From assembly GCA_003427395.1 (NCBI GenBank), contig BFEA01000034.1, positions 3,224,194-3,288,193 on the forward strand: a DNA stretch of 64,000 nt. Direction: 5' to 3'. The translations under genes and the position numbers were made by a program. The stretch comes from Chara braunii (Eukaryota > Plantae > Charophyceae). Within the stretch, counting starts at the first letter, position 1; each line of letters opens with the position of its first letter. Positions 13,184-25,614 of this stretch are shown here, one piece after another. The notes beneath the pieces are model-generated. The model saw only the letters and a program-made list of their open reading frames with translations, had not been told where the DNA came from and did not search any database.

Positions 13184-14896
13184 ATGGCGAATGGTGGTGA
13201 ACAGAATGGTAACTGGAACGGCGGCAACGGCGGCGGTAACGGTGGTGGCGGCAATTGGAATTGGAATGGCGGCAACGGAGGGGGTAATGGAGGTGGTGGA
13301 AACTGGAATGGTGGCTTTAATGGTGGCGGTGGAAATTGGAACGATGGAAACGGAAATGGCAGTGGAGGCGGTGGAAATGGAAACGGCAGGAACGGCGGAA
13401 ATTGGAATGGTGGACGTCGGGGAAACTGGAACCATGGTAGGAATTGTAACAACGGCGGAGGTAATAGCGGGAACTGGAGAAGATCGGCGCGGTGTTACAA
13501 TTGCAACCATATCGGCCACATCAGCCACAAGTGCAACGCTCCTCGGCAGAACCAAGGTGGTGAAAACTGGAATAGTAATGGTAATAACTATAATAGGGGT
13601 GGAGCAAGCTGGAATAGTAACAACGGTAAAGGAGATTGGCAGCCTAACACTAACGAGGGAGCGAGCAGCTCCTCTTCCTCGGGTGTGCCGGCAAATGCCA
13701 TCGGCATCAGCAAGGACCTGGAGGAATCCTTGAAGGCCGTATACCTGTTTTCGAAAAGGCAAATAGAACTGGAGGAACGTCGTGAGACCGAGTGACGAAA
13801 ATCGGAGGAACATAGGAAACGTTTGGAGGATGAAAGACTAGCGAGAGAAGAGAAGAGCCGAGACGAACTCGAGAAGAAGAAGGCGAAGGAGAAGAAGGAG
13901 GCCGAAAGAGAACGGAAGCTGGAGATGCTGCTGTCTAAGCAGAAGGAGACTTTGCGGGAGGAATTTGAAAAAATGTTTGATAAAAAACTACGCAAAGCAG
14001 TCGTGTCAGAGAAAGCAGTAAAAGGGAAGGCGCCGATTGAGGAGTCGAGTTCTAACGAGGAGGATGACGATATGCAGGAGGAGCGCCTCGAGAAACGTAA
14101 GAGGCAACCAGCTCCGGTTTGCCAAGCAAGCCCTCCGGGGGAGTCACCGTCAAAGATGGGGAGAGCAGCTACACCAGCTCTTCCCATTACTCCACGACTG
14201 GGAGAATCCCCTTGTCTGAGAGCCCCGCAGGCGGGGGCCCCCGGGGGCAAAGCCGGGGTAGGGGTTTGNNNNNNNNNNNNNNNNNNNNNNNNNCCCTCCC
14301 CCGGCCCCGCGCCCAACACCTCCCCCGGCCCCGCCACCTTGGTCTATATGAGTAGAGTCTGCGTCCACTCATCCCTCTGAACCCCCTGATCACTCATATA
14401 GTGCTCATATGCCGTGATGAACTCTTCCGCATTCCCTTCCTCCAGGCGAATAGGTAGCCTATCACGCCCTACAGGCGAAACCCGCAATCTCTGCATCCTT
14501 GCCTCCACCTCTGGCCAGGTCAACGCCTCCTCCCTAATCTGTGCAATAGGCTCCTCAAACCTCCCAATCCCTCTCAAATGTATCCTCTCAGGCACGTCCC
14601 ACCCCTTCTGGGTCGCATGATCCCGATAGACGTCCTGGAAGAGCTCGATGTTGTCATCATCAAATACAGGTGTACGCTCTCTCCTGAGGGGCCCATGCCG
14701 CTCTCCCCCTCCGGATGCCCCAAGAGGTCTGTGTCGTGGCCGTGTGTCCCTCCCGCCAGGGTTGTCAGGCGGGGGCCCCCGGGGGCAAAGCCGGGGTAGG
14801 GGTTTGACTCCCGGACTGCCACCGCGGGGGAGCCCCACCCCCGCCCACCCCAAAACACCCCCGTCGGTGCCCTGACCCCCGCACCCCCCCCGGGCC

Positions 14897-14954
<58 letters not shown>

Positions 14955-17215
14955 CCCCCCCCCCCCCCCCCCCGCCCCGGCACCCCCCGCGCCCCGCACC
15001 CCCGGCCACCACCACCCGCACCCCGCACAAAAAAAAAAGTAGGGGTTTCATTTGGGTAACTCGCCACGCAATTTCTTTTGGGTAAGGACTGCCGAAATTT
15101 CAATTTCCGCAGGCCCTTCCCCCAAAAGTCAGCAAGGCATAATATAGGGACCATTCCCCCTGCCTTCTGCAAATCCCACATAGTAGTGGGTTCAATTCGC
15201 ACTAACGGGTAGTCGCCTAATGACGACCTGCCCCGCGAAGCTCCGCAGAAGTAGCAAATAGCGAATTCAATAGCCAGCCGACCACTAATATATACTGAAG
15301 ATTGGCGTTCAGGTCCGCATGTAGGCAGTTATGGATTAGGATGAAGATGTCAGTGGCTCTCGAGTTTTTTTGTTTTTGTTTTCTTACGAATACGTCCAGT
15401 GGGGCCTGCTCCACTACTCACCAAATGACCAAAAGACATGGCATATGGCGGTGTATGGTTCCATGTTTCAGCAGAATATTCATTTCTGCTTTTTATTTTT
15501 ATTTTTTGCTTTCTTACGAATTCGTCTAGTGGGGCCGTGCTCCACTACTCAGCAAATGCACAAAAGACATAGCATATGGCGGTGTATGTTTCCATGTTTC
15601 AGTAGAAGATTCATTCTGTTTTTTTTTGTTTTTTTTTTTTTTTCTTACGAATACGTCCAGTGGGGCCTTAAATTTTAATAAATAAAGGAGTTATTTATAT
15701 ATGTCCGGAAATACGGGACAGCTCCTAGAACCGAAGATTGTGTTGGTTGTAAACGATGACTGATCACCGCGTCGATACTGTAAGTAAGCAGTTACTCAAC
15801 CTACTTCAACAGTCAGAAATATTCTTCTTCGAGCTCTGTTTTATATTCAATAAAATCAGAAATTGATTTGTTATATATTGATATTGTCTCTTTTTGTTAT
15901 TTTTATATTATATTGGTATCAANNNNNNNNNNNNNNNNNNNNNNNNNNNNNNNNNNNNNNNNNNNNNNNNNNNNNNNNNNNNNNNNNNNNNNNNNNNNNN
16001 NNNNNNNNNNNNNNNNNNNNNNNNNNNNNNNNNNNNNNNNNNNNNNNNNNNNNNNNNNNNNNNNNNNNNNNNNNNNNNNNNNNNNNNNNNNNNNNNNNNN
16101 NNNNNNNNNNNNNNNNNNNNNNNNNNNNNNNNNNNNNNNNNNNNNNNNNNNNNNNNNNNNNNNNNNNNNNNNNNNNNNNNNNNNNNNNNNNNNNNNNNNN
16201 NNNNNNNNNNNNNNNNNNNNNNNNNNNNNNNNNNNNNNNNNNNNNNNNNNNNNNNNNNNNNNNNNNNNNNNNNNNNNNNNNNNNNNNNNNNNNNNNNNNN
16301 NNNNNNNNNNNNNNNNNNNNNNNNNNNNNNNNNNNNNNNNNNNNNNNNNNNNNNNNNNNNNNNNNNNNNNNNNNNNNNNNNNNNNNNNNNNNNNNNNNNN
16401 NNNNNNNNNNNNNNNNNNNNNNNNNNNNNNNNNNNNNNNNNNNNNNNNNNNNNNNNNNNNNNNNNNNNNNNNNNNNNNNNNNNNNNNNNNNNNNNNNNNN
16501 NNNNNNNNNNNNNNNNNNNNNNNNNNNNNNNNNNNNNNNNNNNNNNNNNNNNNNNNNNNNNNNNNNNNNNNNNNNNNNNNNNNNNNNNNNNNNNNNNNNN
16601 NNNNNNNNNNNNNNNNNNNNNNNNNNNNNNNNNNNNNNNNNNNNNNNNNNNNNNNNNNNNNNNNNNNNNNNNNNNNNNNNNNNNNNNNNNNNNNNNNNNN
16701 NNNNNNNNNNNNNNNNNNNNNNNNNNNTTTTGTTTTGGATTTTTTTTTTTTTTTTTTTTTTTTCCTTTTTTTGTCGGGGCCAGGGGTGCCGACCCCCGGC
16801 CCCCGGGACCCCCGCCGGGGCCCCGGGGCCGGGGCTCGACAACCCTGAACTCAGCTACCCATACCAGGAATCTAGCCTTTGGGAAGGAGCACCGACGACA
16901 GATGATTTTATAACTACGAATGCTTTTCGAAAAGCAATTCGAAAATTTTTAGGCAAGAAACTGAAGCCGACCGTTCAAGAGATGTGCAGGGAGGCGGGGG
17001 TTGCGTATAAGGGAAGACCTGATGCAGTGGACGAGTTGATCGAATTACGAGTGATGTACTTCAGCATCGAACCGACACAACCAGCGATGAAGCTCAACCA
17101 CGGGCAGTCACTCCAATACCACGAGGAGGTGGTATCGCGGCGTCGTCATCAGGGATGTCAAGGAGGATCCCCGTGTACAATAACTGTCTGCCCCAGCGTC
17201 AGAGCCGGGGAGTAA
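13184..17215 (+). pseudogene. PLE2 ORF1: Gly/Asn/Trp-rich N-terminus, CCHC knuckle, coiled coil; C-terminal part resumes at ~16848 after the insertion
   Basis: (NGGGGNWN)-type repeats; CYNCNHIGHISHKC; EK-rich helix; EKRKR..ASPP; KLKPTVQEMCREAGVAYKGRPDAVDELIELR. Confidence 0.78.
14220..16847. mobile_element. Nested GC-rich insertion(s) in PLE2 ORF1, including a minus-strand coding remnant (possibly LTR-retrotransposon gag) and CAGGGTTGTC...GACAACCCTG termini (14757-16847)
   Basis: ORF1 is broken here; duplicated caggcggggg..ggcaaagccggggtaggggtttg; protein-like stretch RTPVFDDDNIELF...DEWTQTL on the minus strand (14344-14690); ~140-bp tandem repeat at 15365-15670; N gap. Confidence 0.55.
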
Positions 17216-20081
17216 TGGTCAACAGAACGATCGCCCGCTTGAGTGAGTTGGGTAAGTTCCTAGAAGTAAGAAGGCTTTGTCTGAATGATCCCGATGTAGG
17301 GAATCGACAGCTCCGGAAAGCTTTGGAAGGCGTACTGAGGTATTTATTGGCGTTGCACGTCCTTAATGGGGGAATACAATGGGGGGTGAAGTTCGTAGGA
17401 AATTGGGTAGATATCATAGAGAATAGTTTATCCGATTGGGAGAAGCTCGAGTAGTGTGTGTATGTGCTTATTGATCCGGAGGTACGAGCCACCAATATCG
17501 GGCAAACAAGTCGGTCGTTATCGACGCGATGGGATGAGCATGTTTACAGAGCTCAACACCAGGATGGGACACGTAACTCGAAGCTGTAAAGTTGGATGAG
17601 GAACCATGGCTCATCTAATTATGTCGCCATGCCGATTGCTTTTGTCCCGGAAGAGGATCTGAAAAAGGTTGAGGGAGTATTAATCGGGAAATGGTGCCCT
17701 GCGCTGAACACAAAAGGGTGTAAGAAGGCAGGGAAGATAAGGAAGCGTAAGGGGAGGAAGGAGAGGAAAAAGAAGAGGATGTATGATGTTCGAACAGACC
17801 AACCAATAGTATTCAAATCCGGGAGATTCCAATCGGTTAACCTTGTCAAGGTATGTAAGAAAGCGTGGGAGGGGGGAAAGAGTGTTCAAACTAAAGGAGG
17901 GAAGATTTGGGTTCCTAAGTGGAGTAATGTCTTTAAGGAAATTGGGCGAACAACGGTCAAAGTTGATGGTACGACTAGATCTATCAGGGATGTTAGGAAC
18001 ATTTTGAAAACGAGAGTCGAGATCCAGATTGTGAAATTGCAAACTAGATCATTGTCAAAGGCCAACGCGACTCTGAAACGAGAATTGCATCAAGCGATTA
18101 GGAATCCATGGTACTTTAAAAGACTGTTTAAATACGGGTTGGATCGTCTCATGGAACTTCTTTTCGCGGTAAAGTATTTTTCTAGGGATGGGACAAGGAG
18201 GACTTTGAAGGATCTATTGGCAGGGGTAATTCGTAAGCAATTTTGTTTTAATATTAGGAAGAAATTTTGTATCAGCACTACGTATGATCAGAGTTTGTCC
18301 TTACGAAAGGTGCGGGAAGTAGTGACAAGTAAGATCCGAGCTGAATTACCGGTCTCACTTTCGGAATACATGTGTCGGGAGCTTCTGATGGTCTGGAAAA
18401 GGAATCCTACCATCTGCGAAGTTCTCCACAACCATCACTCTGCTTCTCAACAGACGGTGGGTGTCTGCAGTTGTGCAGACAGTGCTCTCCCAAGGAGGGA
18501 GGGTCACGTGCATTGTCGACTTTGGGAGATTTGTGAGGTACCTAGCTTCGCATTAAATGCTCGGAATGTGGTGTGCACGGATGGGAAGTTGGGGAAGGAC
18601 AAGGTGATGACTAAGATTAATAATAGTATGAAGATAATGGGGCTGAAATCTGTTGTGAGCTTGCGTGAAGTGGAGGAATGTATGAATGGCAGAATCGTCT
18701 CGCATGAAGAACCGAGTAGCAAATTGCAGAAGGCTGAGGAGATGTTTTCTGAGCTCGTTTGCTGTGCAGTTGACCGAAATACAGCAGATATTGTGGTGAT
18801 GTGCCCATCGGTGTACGCGAAAGGTATGCAGGCGACTTTTGGGGGAAACTTGAATGACAGTTTCTGAGCAGTGTGAAAAACGGAGATGGACTTGATGAAC
18901 CAATGCGAGCAGGAGTTTAAAGCGGAGGGACTGAATGCAATTGGGAGATGGGATAAACAGGGATGTTTGGCTGAGCCTACATCCTACCCAAACATAAGGA
19001 TGAGTGTGGGTTCAAGCCTATCAGTCCCTCATTCACGGAACCATCGAAGACGGCAGGGAGGCGAGTGGCGAGGGCGTTGAACCACCTGTTGTTTTTGTTG
19101 CCGGAATCTATGCATTTTAATCTAAAGTCCACAGGGTTACTGAAAGAGAGGGGGGAGGAAGTAAATAAATGGGTAGGAAGGAAAGGTGAGGGTGAGTTGG
19201 TTGGAGTTGCGTTCAATATCAAGGAAATGTTTAGTCAGCTTCTGCATGATTCTATCCTAACAGCAATTGACTTGCTGTTGGCATGGTACCAACAAAAGGG
19301 AAGAACAACGGCCAACTTTATGAGAAGAGGCAAAGGAGTTGCGTTTGCCCGAAAATGTGGTAATGAATTTTGGATCGAGGTGAGTTTCGATCTGATGAAA
19401 AGAGTGGTAGAGTTTGAGTTGAAGCACTCGTACGTCTCGGCGTCTGGAAGATTGATTCAGCAGCACGTCTGTATTCCAATGAAAAAAAGTAGCAGCCCCC
19501 CATTGGCGTGTATTATGTGCACAATGAATGAAAGTAGTTTTTTTTTTAGTCTGGGCGATGACCGATGTTTGATCAAAGGTATGGGACTGGTAGATGACGT
19601 CACGATCTTCATCTGGTGCCCAGTGAGGAACGACGAACACTGACGGAAAAATATTACAGGATTGTTTGAGTATGCGTATGATGAAAGAGTCACGTTGAAA
19701 CGGACGGACGAAGGGATGGGCACCAGGGATTTTCTTGGGACACGAATGGAAATTCAGAAGCATAGGGTGTTATGTCAGAATTTCCCTAAGAATTTTGAAC
19801 AAGTCTGGGGGGAGAAAGGGAGGCTACCTTACTGTATCTTTCAGGATTTCGAATCCTTCTCCATGCTTAGGCAGAAGAAGGTTGTGATTACCTGCACACT
19901 ACACAGAATTCGGAGCATGACGTCAAATGACGAACTAGCGGATCTGCGTCTGCTCACTGTGAAAAGACAACTACGTTTGCAAGGTTACCCAGCGTGGATG
20001 TTTAATCATTGTCTGTGTAAATTCGTGAGTAGGTGGGCCCCTGAGTGGGAAAGGTGGAACCGGAGATTGGGGAATTGGTGA
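17155..20081 (+). pseudogene. PLE2 ORF2: GIY-YIG, CxC, RT (disrupted)
   Basis: CVYVLIDPEVRATNIGQTSRSLSTRWDEH; EGVLIGKWCPALN; CSCADSALP..GHVH; VDRN; FNIKEMF; IPMKKSSSPPLAC; LVDD; FLG. Confidence 0.88.
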
Positions 20082-21190
20082 AGGAACAGAGTAGCGGGAA
20101 TATGTCTAACCAACCTTGGTTGTGACTAGAGTAACGGGATTATGGTAAAACAATCTAGATGATGAGTAGAGGGGTGTATGTTTTCTTTTCTTTCTGTTTG
20201 GAAGGTTAAAAAGCAGTGGGGTGAGAGCACTTGTTGCGGATTCCTCGATCTCATGTGAGGGGTAGAGCCTGGGCCTTTGAAGCCCTGAGGGAATGGTCGA
20301 GCACTAGTGGGGGAAGTACCAGGCCAACCCGCGATTTAAAAAAAAAGTCGCGAAACGTTTTTTGATATTGGGGGGTTTAAGATTTTTTCTCTATAAGCTA
20401 TCGAAAAGAGCCCGAAATATCGGGGCGGCTGGATGGGCCAGTTCCGGAACATGTGTGGGGTGTTAGACTAAGTGACGCAGGATATTAGCTTTCAAACATT
20501 GAACGTGACTCACTTAGTCCAAGGAGTTCTAGAGAAGTCACAGTACCGGGTCATTGTCGAAGGTACCAGGCGCATCTGAACAGGGTTGAGGCGGGTATTA
20601 ATAGTGTACTATTGTAGCATAGTAAGCATCTCGAAGTGTCCCCCCGAGGATGTCACTAACTGGCAGCGGCCAAAACTAGTCAGGGATTGACCAGACACCT
20701 TCGTCTCTTGGGCTGCACTCTATTATGGAGGAGGGGAGGTGTTGTCACGCCGGCTATGGCCGATAGTGACGATACATGCGTAGAAGTTCATATCTTGGTT
20801 TTGAACTTAATAATTTCGAGATTCTTGGTGCATTTTGTTGTGACATCTGTGGTTATGTGTGCGCGAGCTTTGGGGTCAGGCCTTTTCATCTAGCTCTGCT
20901 GTTCTCATCTCATCTATTTTACAACAATACCAAAAAAAATCATAATACAGTTAAATAAAAATTATAATTAAAAATATGCTCTATTATAATATAATATAAT
21001 ATAATTGATTAGAATATATAATAATTAAAATAAATAATATTGTAATATAATAACATATAATGAATATAAATCATTAATTACTATGTTGTTTTTCCGGGCA
21101 CTCTGGCACCCAACTTCTGCCCGGATACACGCCCAGGTGCCTGACTGGGCATGAACTTCGGGTGGGGTTTCAGGCAGGCCCCGCAGGGAA

Positions 21191-21230
<40 letters not shown>

Positions 21231-21625
21231 AACAACAACAATAACAAAAGTCAAAGAATTCCAGAAAAAAATATGTTGTGTAGAATTGCAATACAAAAAT
21301 GTTTAGCTGAGGGTCACATCAGACTTCCTCGCTGATTTGGAGATAAAAAATGAAAAAATCACACTAAAGTGTTCCCCTTTAACCCCTCTTAGCCCCTTTA
21401 AAAACAATTCATGCCTCATCTCCCCCCTTGACAGCCAACTCTCAAAAAATGAAACAAGCCCAGATTTGGGGTCCTTTGGGAGAGCGCAGAAAGGCAAAAA
21501 AAAATATAAATTATTATTATTGTTTTTTTTTTGCACGCCCAGGTACCCTGGCCATCACACCCGGGTGCCCGACCGTGCATGCTTAGCCGGACATGAAAAA
21601 ATTCCTAGATTAATTATATATAATT

Positions 21626-21897
21626 CTAGGCTACCAGCCGGGCCGCCCGGGTCCCGGGTGGGCAGCCCGTGCAAGGACCGGGGAAGGTCCCAGCTTTAAA
21701 AAAAAAAAAAAATGCAAAATATCTGAAAACAAACTATGTTATACAGAAAAATAAACTGAACAACTTTTGCCCCAAGGTCACATCGAAATTCTGCACCAAA
21801 TTTATGATAAAAAATAAAAAGTTTATTTTTTATTTTTATTTTTTAATTATTTTTGGCCCGGCCGGGCAAGTTACCCCGGGCCACTCTGGTAGCCTAG
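21626..21897. mobile_element. hAT-like MITE, CTAGGCTACCAG family
   Basis: Perfect 12-bp TIR ctaggctaccag/ctggtagcctag; TSD degenerate. Confidence 0.7.
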
Positions 21898-23982
21898 ATA
21901 TATAAATAATTATATTGATTTTTATATGTTAATATATTTGATATCTATATTTTAATATCTATGAGTTGCGCCCCATTCAAATTCCCCTTTGATTATCGCG
22001 TCTCGAAGTTTGAAAAACTTTTCAAAAGAGCTACTGTCAATAGTTGTTTCATCGGGACCCGAAGTCACCTTTTGTGATAATTTGTATGTGATTATCAAAT
22101 TTTTGATATTTCGCATAAAACCTCAAAGATCATAGTAACCCTGAACTGTTTTTTTGTAACTGTGAATCCAAAGGCCTAGATAAGGGTCAATTCCATAGCG
22201 TATATTTTCGGTCACATCCACTCCGGGATAGCAAATCCTTGTTTTTTCGAAGCATTCTATATTTCATCAGATAAAGATTAATCTAAACTTATGTTTTTTT
22301 TTTGTCAAACGTCGTCTTCACAAGGCGCCTTCAAGAATCAACCGAAGGGCTAAGGTTTCTTGACGACTCTTTAGTATAATGGATTAGACTAATTGGATGG
22401 TTCTGAAGATTATGATTTTTCTTACTTTTAAAATAGGCTGCAAACACTTGGGGCGACGGAGAGATTATAGTAGTGATTGATATCAGACATGACAAAAAGT
22501 CATGTGGAGAATACAAATTTGAATGATCATTCACATAACATTCATCAAGGTCGCAGTTGGCAAGCCTCTATCGACTTACTTACAGTCGTTAAAAAAAAGA
22601 CCTTTGTGAGATTTATATGCAAGGAAACTTGCGCATACGGTTCGAGAAAGACTTTATGATGCCTATCGCTGTATGAAAGCGTCAATTATGCTATTTCACT
22701 CAAAGATTTAGAAGGTTGGATAGCCTTTGCAATATTTTTGTCGTTTTTTGTTTTTTATGCGTCTATACAATTATTTATTATTCATTTATTATATTCACTT
22801 TTTCTTTTGTAAAAAAAAAACAAAGATGTGTAATAAAATAATCAATTGTTTTTACAAAGGTTATGAAATACCTTGTTTTTGAATCATTAAAAAATGCATT
22901 AACATAAAAACAACACTAAGAAGATGAAGTTGTTTGGATTAGGATCATTGGTTTGGGCAAGACATCAAATATACGTTTTTATGCCTATCAATCAATTGTT
23001 CGATGTTGCAGTTAATCCTAAAGAAACTTCATTACCTCATGAATTTATATTAAATAAAGATTTTATAGACCCAATTATATCCGAGTTTTAAAGGTAGGTA
23101 ACATGTTATAACATTATAGTCATAATTATTAGGTCGAACGTTCGGCGGCACCCAGGCTGACCCCCGAACGTTCGGGATCTCGGGCCCCGTTCGAGGTTCG
23201 AACCTGATGGCATTCAGACCCTGCCAAAAATGATTTCGAGGCCTAAAAATTAGTTTTTTTTTTAATATAGATTTTTTTTGAGTTATGTATTTCATTCGCT
23301 ACATGCATATAAAGTTTTCATACATTTTACCAAACCAAAAACAAATGCAAAATCGACAAAGACGACGGTGTCAAAACGTGCTCAGCCACTCGATTTTATT
23401 CGTTTTCTTTTTTAATGCCTTTTTTTTTAAGGCCTACTTTTTATGTTTTTTCTTGATTTCATTTTAGTGCCTTCAATATTTTATTACTTTTTTAATTTTT
23501 TTTTACGAGCTTTATATTATGTGATTATTTTTTGTCTTGATTTCATTTTAGTGCCTCATACAGGGACAGGGCGACTTTTTCGATTTTCTTCGTTTGTTGA
23601 GTTCGGCCCGAGAATGGCCCTTCGGGTTTTCGGTTTTTCGTTTTTTTCCATCTGGGCGACAGGCCCTTCGGGTTTTTCGTTTTTTGTTTGACAGGTGGTC
23701 CTGCGACCTTTTGGGTCTGCAGGCACAGTACTATGTTTTGTCAGTACCGGAGTTTTGTCGTAGTGAGTCAAGCTTTGACGGTTGCAGTCCAACGCAGACG
23801 TCGAGTTTTGTACTCTGGGTTTTGTCGATACCAGAACAATCGGTTTATTATAAAAGTAATTACTACGAAGCCTATGGTCCTTTTTGGGTCCGACGTGTTG
23901 GTAATTACCGCCATGCAGCGGTCGTTACCTACGGAGGTGGGTTGGAGGAGAACGATGAAGGAGGCTAGGGAAATGTTTGGAT

Positions 23983-24036
23983 GGTATTCCCCCTGAAGAT
24001 GACAGTGTGGCGACTGTCGAAACCGGTCGAGGTGCC
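23983..24036 (+). ncRNA. Minimal type I hammerhead ribozyme (PLE3 5' pLTR)
   Basis: ggtattcccc CTGAAGA t gacag-tgtggcga-ctgtc GAAA ccgg TC gaggtgcc: intact core, 5-bp stem II, palindromic stem III. Confidence 0.88.
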
Positions 24037-24339
24037 TACCCACCGGGGCTGTAATGAATTACTTGTATAATTAGTTCTTTCATATGTTTTTCGTATGGTG
24101 TGACTACTTGTACATGTCTTGCGATTGACTTTCGTTTTGCGATTGATCGTCGTTTTTCACTCTTTTCCAAACTTGCTAAGGCCCGTGCGAACCAGCTGGG
24201 AAGTCGCCTCGCGAGTGTGGGCACGTCGTTACTTTGTTACTCTGTTACTCTGTTTCTGTGTTTGCTAGTGTTTGGTTTCGACCGTCGTTGCTACGATCGG
24301 GTCGAGTGTAACCAGTGTTTTGAAGAGACCGCTTTGAAG

Positions 24340-25611
24340 ATGTCAGGGGAAGGGCATCGGGATTACCGGTGGGAAAGTGATCGAGATCGACACCATGACT
24401 ATGGCAGGGGTTACGCGTATGGAGGCAGTCGAGACCAAGGAGGTGAAGACCGACGTGATCGACAAGGTGATTTTCGATACGACCGAGGAGGCTATCGAGA
24501 TCAGCCACGACGTTTTGTTCCGGTGTGTTATGAATGCGGGGAGCCCATGCACTATAAGAACCAGTGCCCTAGGCTTGTTGGTGAAAGCAGTGGGCGGCGT
24601 GCTCCTCAGCGAGGACGGTCAACCTCGCCTGCTTACCATGAGAAAGGGAGTGAGCGACGTTCAACATCGGAGGATCCGGCGGTCAGAAAACAGCTCGAAG
24701 ATTTGGCGAGCTCTTTAGCGAGTATGAAGAGCTATATTGAAGAGGAACAAACCAGAAAGGAGGAGAAGGAGAGGGAGAGGAAAAAGAAGGAGAAACGCAA
24801 GCAGGAGGAGAAGGATAGGATGTTGAGGGAAGAGGAGGAGAAGCTAGCCAAAGAGAGGCGTCTGAAGAAGAAAGAAGAGAAAAAACGGATGGAAGCGGAA
24901 GATCGAGAAGCGATGAGGAAGGATCTGCGAATGAAAATTTGCAAGCATATGGGTGGTGTTTGCGAGGAGTTGCACCAACGCCTGTTGGCTTCTCATGTGG
25001 TTAATAAGAAGGGGAAGGGTAAGTTGCCGGAGTACACGTCTTCAGGCGAGGCCAGTTACGAGTCTGAAGGGGGTGAGGTGGAAGCGTTGAGTGAGCAGAC
25101 AGAACGGTCGAGGCTTAGTGAGAAGCGTAAGCGTAGTACAGAATGCGTGATTGGTGACAGCCCACCGATGGAAACTCCAGCCAAAAGGACACCGAAACAA
25201 GGAAGCCTTAACCCAAAAAGGTTGTTGTTGCGCTGCAAACGTCAACAGATGAAGCGATCACCAGCAAAGAAGACACCAAAGACTCGTAAGAACATTCTGA
25301 GAGGCAAGAAGATTCCAGCAGCTGCAAGCGATATGGGGAAACTAATGTTTGTAACCGATAATCTGCGTGAGTTGGGCGAAAGAAACATCGAAGATTTAAA
25401 GCAAATCTGTCGAGTGGAAGACGTTCCCTACGAAGGGATGAGAAAAATGGATATGATACTAGCCATTGCGGAAAAATGATCGAAGGTGGCGTATGGAATG
25501 GATGAAGAACACGAAGGGACTACGGGGGTGACTATTGAAGATTTGGGTAAGAACAGTAGGGAGGAAGGAGAGAATGAGGAGGGGAAGAATGGCGAGGAGG
25601 AAGATATCTGA
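24340..25611 (+). pseudogene. PLE3 ORF1: RD/RG-rich N-terminus, CCHC knuckle, coiled coil, SAP/HeH-like motif, acidic tail (one premature stop)
   Basis: CYECGEPMHYKNQC; EKRKR..GDSPPMETP; LGERNIEDLKQICRVEDVPYEGMRKMDMILAI. Confidence 0.85.
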
Positions 25612-25614
25612 ACT

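Larger units (their letters stand above)
12488..20916 (+). mobile_element. Penelope-like element 2 (two ORFs), ORF1 interrupted by a nested insertion and gap
   Basis: ~580-bp direct pseudo-LTRs 12488-13070 and 20329-20916; GIY-YIG and RT motifs between them. Confidence 0.88.

Noticed and set aside
14574-15202. Gly-rich protein ORFs
   Set aside because: Translation of a poly-C tract of doubtful sequence quality
15863-17215. Long ORFs across the N gap
   Set aside because: Artefacts of the N run; only ~16848-17215 is real (PLE2 ORF1 C-terminus)
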